Assembly (NCBI GenBank): GCA_951406725.2
Contig: OX597822.1
Location: 53,196,001-53,260,000 of the forward strand
Source: Octopus vulgaris
Taxonomy: Eukaryota
Length of the DNA: 64,000 bases
Direction of reading: 5' to 3'
A model generated the notes under the pieces. That model was not told the origin of the DNA. It made no database searches and saw only the letters and a program-made list of their open reading frames with translations. The position numbers were made by a program, and so were the translations under genes. Shown in pieces: positions 54,597 through 64,000 of this stretch; within the stretch, counting starts at the first letter, position 1, and every line of letters starts with the position of its first letter.

Positions 54597-56859
54597 ACAA
54601 AATATTTTTATCAAAAACTTAAATGGTCTGGTTTCTCTTTCTTCTTAACCCACGTATACTCCTCGATAGGTTAAAAGTCAGAAAATACTTTAAGAACTGA
54701 ATAACTCCTTCATATTTTATTTTAGATTTTCAATTCTCATAGCATCATTTACTGTATATCTCTTAGTATGAATGTGTGAATGTGTGAATGTGTGTGTGTG
54801 CGTGTGTGAGCGTGTGCGTGGGTGTTGTGCAATAAATGTGTTTTAGGTATGAAAAGTTACATCTTGTAAATTACAAAAAAAAAGTAATTCAAAAATTATT
54901 TGTCAGTGTGCTAAAGAGAATAAACCCTACATGGTCTCAGCCTGCAAGAAAAAGTAACCAAATCCTTACTGAAACAACAACCTCCGTCTAAAATTAGCGA
55001 GAGATGCCTTAGGCATTGTTATCCAAAAAAGTAGATAATGTATCCATAAAAAGATGGGGCGGTTTCTATCTTGGAGCTAAACAGTAATAACAACAACTTC
55101 ATGTTTCTGTATGAAAGACAATCGAAATACAACAATCTAATCCCCATCGATAGCGATAAAACCAAGAGGAAACCGTCTAAAACAGTGTTCTTAGACACGA
55201 ACAAAAACGGGGAAAACGTTAAAAATAGATTATTGAAAAAGAAAATTGAAAAAAAAAGAGACTTTTAAACGAATATCCTTCAGGAAGATATGGTGGAATA
55301 ACTTCATCACATTAGCATTCATCGATATTCATTAACATCGATCTTTAACCAACGATTTCTAGTAAGTTGTTTTGTCATTCATACCGAATTATACACTTTG
55401 AATTGTTTAGATTGAACTTCTATAAATATATATATTGAATTTCAAGTATCTAAGTATACACAGCGAATAGTTAGGTTGAAATAATAAGATTTATTACATT
55501 AAGGTGAGTGTATGTATGTATATGTGTGTATATGTGGGGAGCAATATTGAGCGCCTGCTTAAGGACTTTAATTCTCAATATACAGTTTAGAGCTGAGTGA
55601 TAGGGAAAAGGAAATAATATAAGAGATTTTATCTGGGTAGCTTCATGTTTGATGTTTCTATGTTGTAATTCCAACGCAGTTTAATTTTCTATTTCTCAAA
55701 TATTGTAAAACAAGTAACAGTAATATGTCGTGCATTTCAAACTGTCTTTTGATAGCGAAAAGCTTTTATGGGTTGGTCATTTTAGCTTAAATTCCAAACT
55801 CTAAAGAGAATGAGGGCCACATTTCACTTGAATATTTTCTTCACTCATGTACTATCTGTGTTTTGGTGCTATTGAATAAAACGAAACTGCCCTGTCCTGT
55901 TACGAGATACATTTTTAATGTCCTATCTATAGAAGTTGTATTTACTTGAGAGGAAATGTTCAGATGTATGTAAGTAAATTATGTGATTGTAAGATTATGG
56001 TGTTTTCACGGATGGTGCTACCTCTATAGGATGGAATGTATCTAGATGTAACAACTATCAAATCATAAATATAAAGAAGAAAGATTAGGGAAGACACAAG
56101 CGAACTCTGGCATATAGTGAAGTTGAGAGACAAAAAACTACGCATAGATTCTTTACAATAAAATAGCATGACAGAAAACTTCAAAACCAATGAGGGAACC
56201 ATTTGGTGGTAATTTCAACGTGCAAGGAATAGCAGCGACACTGAAATATTAAATTAGTGTGGTCTTATTTACACTACATTTAAAAGCAAAAATGTAGTCG
56301 TGTTTAGAAAAACCATGATTATAGGTCTACTCCGTCGAAGCTGATTTAAAGTTAAAACAAGTTGAGATTCAGTAGCTGACAGAGAGGTGGTAGCCATGAA
56401 TACAATGAGCTTGCTAAAATATTCTTGAATCAAATGTGAATGAAGCCTTTACGTTAACAACAACATTTCTTCTCGAAAGTAAATGACCACTTTGCTTGAA
56501 GTGAAAAATGAAATCAGAACTTTACCTCATTTCTAAAATCTGTCAGAACACAGAAAGATAAAAGAATAGTCTGAAAGCCTTGCACGAAGGTACGGGGTCC
56601 CCTAAAACAAGGTAGCATGGCTTTTTAAACCAGACATTGCATTGAAAAGACGCCTTCATAGATTGGATATCTAATTTGGACCACCAAGAGCTGCAGTTAA
56701 GGTCTGATCTTTGTGGATCTTAAAATATCTTTTGAGGCCTCCGTTAGATTTGCAGACATTATGGGATACACAGCATTGAAAGGTGTGTACCGATATATAG
56801 GTAGAGTAGTTGGTGGAAGTTCGTTTTCCATGGATTCGTAAATAAGATTATAGCCCAAC

Positions 56860-57579
<720 letters not shown>

Positions 57580-57580
<1 letters not shown>

Positions 57581-57814
57581 ATACATACATACATACATAC
57601 ATACATACATACATACATACATACATACATACATACATACATACATACCTACATACATACATGCATACATACATACATACATACATACATACATACATAC
57701 ATACATACATACATACATACATACATACATACATACTTAGATACATACATACATACATACATACATACATACATACATACATACATACATACATACATAC
57801 ATACATACATACAT
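57580..57814. repeat. (TACA)n microsatellite
   Basis: Directly visible. Confidence 0.95.
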
Positions 57815-58044
57815 AAGGATATGTAACAGGAGAAAGCTGATTCGAAGACTACAGATCCAAGCAATCACTGGAACTGTAAAAATATTTAAAACTTTCCTTA
57901 GATTTATCATTTAAGTATACATGAGCATGTCTAGATATGCAACTATATGCATGAGAATACATCAATAAAACAAAACATACGAATCTGCATGTATACAGTC
58001 GTACATACATACATACATACATACATACATACATACATACATAC

Positions 58045-58079
<35 letters not shown>

Positions 58080-58496
58080 TACATACATACATACATACAT
58101 ACATACATACATACATACATACATACATACATACATACATACATACGTACGTACAAAAATATCCTGTTGTTGATGTTGAAATTCTAATGAAGGTTCCTTG
58201 GACCTGGGTCAGAAACCGGCTCTTACTCTATTGACAAGAAATCTTGAAATAAAACTGACTAATGACATACATACATGCATGCATAAGTCAGGAAGTATGA
58301 GACGATTATATTATTCCACCAATTGATATCCATAGGATGATGATAGCCTGATTCACTAAAGGAATTTTCTTGTGATTACCACTGGATTATATAAATCCAC
58401 ATATTGTGCATTAAATTTACATATTCATATAATTCTACGTCCCGTATTCGAGTACTACTTTCTCTACCTTGTTTTGCATTTATGTGCTTATTCGTG

Positions 58497-58530
<34 letters not shown>

Positions 58531-58653
58531 CATATATATATATATAAATATATATTGATAAAACGGTAAGATAACAAAAGAAAGAAAGAGACCTCAATAT
58601 TATGTAAATAGAGGAAGTTTATCTATACAATATGTTACATTACTCGGTAGTCA

Positions 58654-58716
58654 AGATAAAACTCTGAGTTTCAGATGCCGAAGTGGAAATCCACAACACC
58701 ATCTCTTCGGTTATCT
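58654..58716 (-). ncRNA. PLE hammerhead variant (mirror copy of 60644-60706)
   Basis: Lies within the inverted pLTR. Confidence 0.6.
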
Positions 58717-58910
58717 GGCTATTTGAAAACGTTATGAAAAAATACCGTTAAAAATGAAGGGAAATTACTCTGTTATAACTCTGCTTTGCCTGCGTACTTA
58801 TACATCGCTCGCATTTTTCGTCATAAAAATTATATAAAAATACATAAAAATATATAAAAATATATAAAAATATATAAAATCTTCTTGGGACATAACACAG
58901 AAAGCATGTT

Positions 58911-59400
58911 CTATCCGTTTTCTTTAGGGGACCAAAAACGTAACAGAAATTTAGTCACATGTGGGCATGATCCGAAAAGCTCTGTCCTTGTATTTAGACA
59001 TGTGGTAGGGTCTAAGCTGCTTTTCCAGATAAGCCATCTCTCCATGTCGCATAAACCGCACCTTCCGCTGCCGTTAGTATAGGACTTACATCTGGCCAAA
59101 ATCTTCCATTGTATGTTATAATCGACACCTTTATCTCTTAAAGACCAAATATGATTGGATAATTGTGTCGCTTTTCTTTTGTTCCAGTGCCTAAAGCTCA
59201 AAGTGTGGTTATTGAACCTGGCCTTGAAATTACCCTCTGTCAGGCCCACGTATTTCTTCGTCGAAACGGTGTCTTTAGTGGTTATAGAGTTTACGGTAGC
59301 TTCATATATGATGGTCTTGGACATGCAAGCTCCATTTAGCGGGCACAATTCTTTATTCCTGCATGAACAGCTGTTTTCTTCTTGTGTTTTTTGTATGTTA
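58911..59400 (-). CDS. Inverted duplicate of the GIY-YIG endonuclease domain
   Basis: Same protein as the C-terminus of 59382-60449 except one S/P change. Confidence 0.8.
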
Positions 59401-59411
59401 TTTCTATTATT

Positions 59412-60449
59412 CGTTTTAGGAAGGATATTATCCAGTTAATGAAACACTTCGGACTTAGTATAACTATAGACACTAACCTGATGGTTGTCAATTTCTTAGA
59501 CGTTTCCTTAGATCTTAATAATAATATTTATAAGCCTTATAGGAAGCCCAATGATAGACTAAGTTATATTAATGTAGGTTCATGCCATCCCCCTATAGTA
59601 TTCAAAAATTTAGTTAAAAATATTAGTAAGAGGATTTCTAGCCTCTCATCTAATGAGGACATCTTCAATAGCGTTGCCCCAGTTTATAATAAAGCTTTAA
59701 AAGATAGTGGTTTTAGCGAAAAAATAAAATATACACCTATCACCAGCCCAACAATAAGGAAAAGGAATAATAGAAATAGGAAGGTCATCTGGTTTACGCC
59801 CCCTTACTCACCCGAGGTGGCCTTCAATATAGGTAAATATTTCCTAGCACTGATAGATAGACATTTTCCAGTTAACCATGCTTATAGGAAACTCTTCAAT
59901 AGACACAATTTAAAAATTAGTTTTAGTTCAACTACCAATTTTAAAAACATAATCAATCATAACATACAAAAAACACAAGAAGAAAACAGCTGTTCATGCA
60001 GGAATAAAGAATTGTGCCCGCTAAATGGAGCTTGCATGTCCAAGACCATCATATATGAAGCTACCGTAAACTCTATAACCACTAAAGACACCGTTTCGAC
60101 GAAGAAATACGTGGGCCTGACAGAGGGTAATTTCAAGGCCAGGTTCAATAACCACACTTTGAGCTTTAGGCACTGGAACAAAAGAAAAGCGACACAATTA
60201 TCCAATCATATTTGGTCTTTAAGAGATAAAGGTGTCGATTATAACATACAATGGAAGATTTTGGCCAGATGTAAGCCCTATACTAACGGCAGCGGAAGGT
60301 GCGGTTTATGCGACATGGAGAGATGGCTTATCTGGAAAAGCAGCTTAGACCCTACCACATGTCTAAATACAAGGACAGAGCTTTTCGGATCATGCCCACA
60401 TGTGACTAAATTTCTGTTACGTTTTTGGTCCCCTAAAGAAAACGGATAG
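59412..60449 (+). CDS. 5'-truncated PLE ORF: RT thumb + Cys-rich linker + GIY-YIG endonuclease
   Basis: NFLDVSLDL..PYRKP..SCHPP, WFTPPYS, CSCRNKELCPLNGAC, IIYEA..YVGLTE..RFNNH..CGLCDME..LNTRTE; uninterrupted. Confidence 0.9.
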   Translation, partial: RFRKDIIQLMKHFGLSITIDTNLMVVNFLDVSLDLNNNIYKPYRKPNDRLSYINVGSCHPPIVFKNLVKNISKRISSLSSNEDIFNSVAPVYNKALKDSGFSEKIKYTPITSPTIRKRNNRNRKVIWFTPPYSPEVAFNIGKYFLALIDRHFPVNHAYRKLFNRHNLKISFSSTTNFKNIINHNIQKTQEENSCSCRNKELCPLNGACMSKTIIYEATVNSITTKDTVSTKKYVGLTEGNFKARFNNHTLSFRHWNKRKATQLSNHIWSLRDKGVDYNIQWKILARCKPYTNGSGRCGLCDMERWLIWKSSLDPTTCLNTRTELFGSCPHVTKFLLRFWSPKENG

Positions 60450-60643
60450 AACATGCTTTCTGTGTTATGTCCCAAGAAGATTTTATATATTTTTATATAT
60501 TTTTATATATTTTTATGTATTTTTATATAATTTTTATGACGAAAAATGCGAGCGATGTATAAGTACGCAGGCAAAGCAGAGTTATAACAGAGTAATTTCC
60601 CTTCATTTTTAACGGTATTTTTTCATAACGTTTTCAAATAGCC

Positions 60644-60706
60644 AGATAACCGAAGAGATGGTGTTGTGGATTTCCACTTCGGCATCTGAAACTCAGAGTT
60701 TTATCT
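60644..60706 (+). ncRNA. PLE hammerhead variant (CCGAAGA, GUU site)
   Basis: Stem I AGATAA/TTATCT, stem II GATG/CATC plus an extra U, GAAAC-TCAGA-GTT. Confidence 0.65.
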
Positions 60707-60745
60707 TGACTACCGAGTAATGTAACATATTGTATAGATATATAA

Positions 60746-60814
<69 letters not shown>

Positions 60815-62182
60815 CATACACATACATACACACGCATAATAGCTTTATATATAAGTATATGTGTCTGTTTACATGTAGAAGCTGAAAAGAATATAACATC
60901 AATTGTCAGTTTCTTTTCTGTAAATGCAGGGGCAGAATTGCAGAGCAGAAAGGGTCAAGTTAATAAATCGCGAACTGTTGTTTTTATTTGAATCATACGT
61001 TTACTGGAAATATCTCAGAGAATTTCTGGATTTCTTCTTCAAAGCCACTTCCCAATAACTAGCACCATATCCAGAAATATATTTGTTTTTCGATCACTGA
61101 ACATTATGAAGACGCCTATATATTCCAGCGGAATTCCTCTTACTTGCATACAACCATCGCTCAAAAGTGGGCACACAGAAGATCTTTATTTGAGATTTAG
61201 AAGGAAACACAGAGTGGCTACAGCTGGACTGCCTCTGACAGTAATTCTACTAAATCAGAACTTAGCTGAGACTAAAAAAACTATAATAGCAGTTACACCT
61301 GACCATTAACACTATGGGATTTCGTGTTTTTAAAATAGATACTCTTCTTTTTTTTACCTGTATTTAATCAACGATATTTTCCATCAATGACTAAACAGTG
61401 ATTTATTGATTTCAGAAGTGAAAATATCAATAGCTGTGGGTGACTATGCATTTCTGGGTAAATTAAAGAGTAATTTTAAACGAAAATGTTACTATAGTTA
61501 ATTTATACCAAAATTCTGCAATCGGCTCTTAGGGGTCTTTACTTCATACTAGATCTTAGGTAAATGTAGCTTCCATTCATTAGAATGATAATGGTATCTC
61601 TATTTAATAACGGCTGGTTGGTTGGTTGGTTTGTTGGTTGGTTGGATGATTGGTTGGATGATTGGTTGAAGATTTCTCCTGTCATCCTTTATATCGTATA
61701 AATAAAAGGGGACACAGAGTAAAAGAGAGAAACAGAGAGAGTTAGCATAAGAGGCACAGGATAAGTGTATAGTAATTTTTTAGAGTTAACATGAGAGACG
61801 CAGTATGAGTGTATACTAACTTTCTGAAAAATATACATTCTTTTAATTTAAATATTGCAAAGATAGGTTTTGAATGGAGTAAATTGCAATTATGCTCATA
61901 AAAGTTTGAGAAATAATAACATATATTTATTGCAAATATTCAAATATGAAATGCGTTTTAATTTCATAAAGCTAATAAATATTTTTCTTTTAGAAATTAG
62001 TGTTCCTTTCATCGTTGTATATAAGTATCAATAAATTTGATAAAAGTTAAATTACATGACTGAAGCAGATTAAAAAATAAAAGAATAAAAGAATATACCA
62101 TATTTTCTGATATTACCTAAGGAGGCAAAGAACACTTCTACAGTTACTCATCATATGATGGTGAATACTCCCAATATATATA

Positions 62183-62254
<72 letters not shown>

Positions 62255-62998
62255 AAAAGGAACATTTCATTCTGATTTTCAGGAACTCCTGAATCGTTAC
62301 TAAAATGAATGCGTTTCAAAATATTTGAAACCAGGAAAATCGAAATCGGAAATGACGTCAGAAAGAGCTTTTTTGGGAGAGCGACGTTTCGTTTAAAGAT
62401 ATCGCTATCAACTGATTCAGCATGAGGTCAATAACTTTATTGGTGCTAGAAATAAGGATCTTGGAAAGATCTTTCCTCGGGAGCATTTGTGCTATGGGTA
62501 AAGTGAAAATGTCATTAACCGAGAATAGAAAACAGATCGTAGACTCGGTAACCAGGAATTTAGTTTCTTGTACCAAAACAGCAGTAATTATTTTTGTAAA
62601 TATTCCAACAATAACAACAAAAAACAATTAAATAAAACAATTAGACTATCCCGGTGATCCAGTCAAAAGATCATTGGCAAAAAAAAATCAATTAAAATTT
62701 CAATAAATAGCGCAGAGGAATTACAAAAATTTTCTTAGATGGCAGTACTGTAAATGTTATTAAAATATTAATTAGAGAATACGCAATGCACCAAGCCAAT
62801 GAACAAGCTTCATTTCAGATATCTGTTCTTTGTAGTTCAACAGTTCAGAAAGCCCAAGCTCAAATTATCGTAAAAGGATTATTTCTACTTTAAATATTTC
62901 CCTATGTGAAGTTTCAACACCAAATAACTAATATGGCGACCTCCAGTTATTACAGAACATTTGAACTCTTTGAAATTTTGTTGCTATTTTGTTGTTGC

Positions 62999-63029
<31 letters not shown>

Positions 63030-63041
63030 CTTCTTCTTCTT

Positions 63042-63140
<99 letters not shown>

Positions 63141-63654
63141 GAGTGAGCGAGCAGAGCATGCCATCAAAGTGACACTGGGGTAAAATATACGAAGCCCAGT
63201 ATACCCATCATGACTACCCGTCTGATAAGGGTACACCAGGCACATGCATCACAGCAATATGTGCGCGACATGGTGATCTTATATCAAGATAAACAGCACA
63301 TGACCTTGCAGGTGGAGCCCAGTTAGAATTTTCTTCAGATCGAGTAACCCATCCCGCTCAAAAGGTCCCTGAATAAGGGTTGTTTAAGGACGTTGAACGA
63401 AACACCCATGTTTCCAGAGGTGAATTATTCAAACCCCAAAGAATCCTTCTCAACACATGGCTATGATGCTCCCCCACTACTTCTGCTCGTGATCAGAGAT
63501 GCACATATCGTCAGCCACTAAGGGACATGCTCAACTGGTTAAGGTCAAACAACTGACAAGCAAATCTGTGGTATTGAGCAGAATATTTGCTGTAGCCCAT
63601 CTTTTATACCAAGACAAAACAATGTACATGATAACACTTCCAATCAGTTAAGAT

Positions 63655-64000
<346 letters not shown>

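Larger units (their letters stand above)
58555..60740 (+). mobile_element. Young Neptune-type Penelope-like element with inverted pseudo-LTR
   Basis: 58620-59401 is the reverse complement of 59959-60740 with about one substitution; inserted in (TA)n. Confidence 0.95.

Noticed and set aside
61100-61330. Tc1/mariner-like remnant (YIFQ.., PD..TMGF)
   Set aside because: Too degenerate to support without a search
62347-62360. CGGAAATGACGTCA ETS/CRE-like promoter motif (CRE palindromes also near 52300 and 52359)
   Set aside because: An 8-mer can occur by chance; no supported downstream gene
62399-62497. Possible plus-strand exon YRYQLIQHEVNNFIGARNKDLGKIFPREHLCYG
   Set aside because: Weak splice sites and no recognised homology

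Overview
AT-rich, microsatellite-dense eukaryotic DNA; the SINE and repeat repertoire points to a cephalopod, probably Octopus (inference). No host gene, rRNA, genuine tRNA gene or CRISPR array is supported, and most listed ORFs are translations of simple repeats. The window is a mosaic of mobile elements: three Penelope-like elements (PLE; GIY-YIG endonuclease, two also with RT sequence), one with a near-perfect ~780 bp inverted pseudo-LTR; several R4/Dong-type RLE LINE fragments in (TAA)n tracts; RTE fragments with C-terminal C2H2 fingers; an internally deleted Ty3/Gypsy element; and three abundant tRNA-derived SINE families. Most notable: (1) about 13 hammerhead-ribozyme (HHR) motifs read by eye, from roughly 10 sequence families, mostly in short microsatellite-flanked non-coding elements; (2) a tRNA-head + (AAT)n + HHR SINE with an inverted partial copy at its 5' side, suggesting PLE-driven mobilisation; (3) a 2.05 kb ORF1-only (HAL1-like) L1/Tx1-type element with a 13 bp TSD inserted in the tRNA head of a SINE, with a divergent relative elsewhere in the window. 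All calls are by-eye; no searches were run and coordinates of degenerate repeats are approximate.
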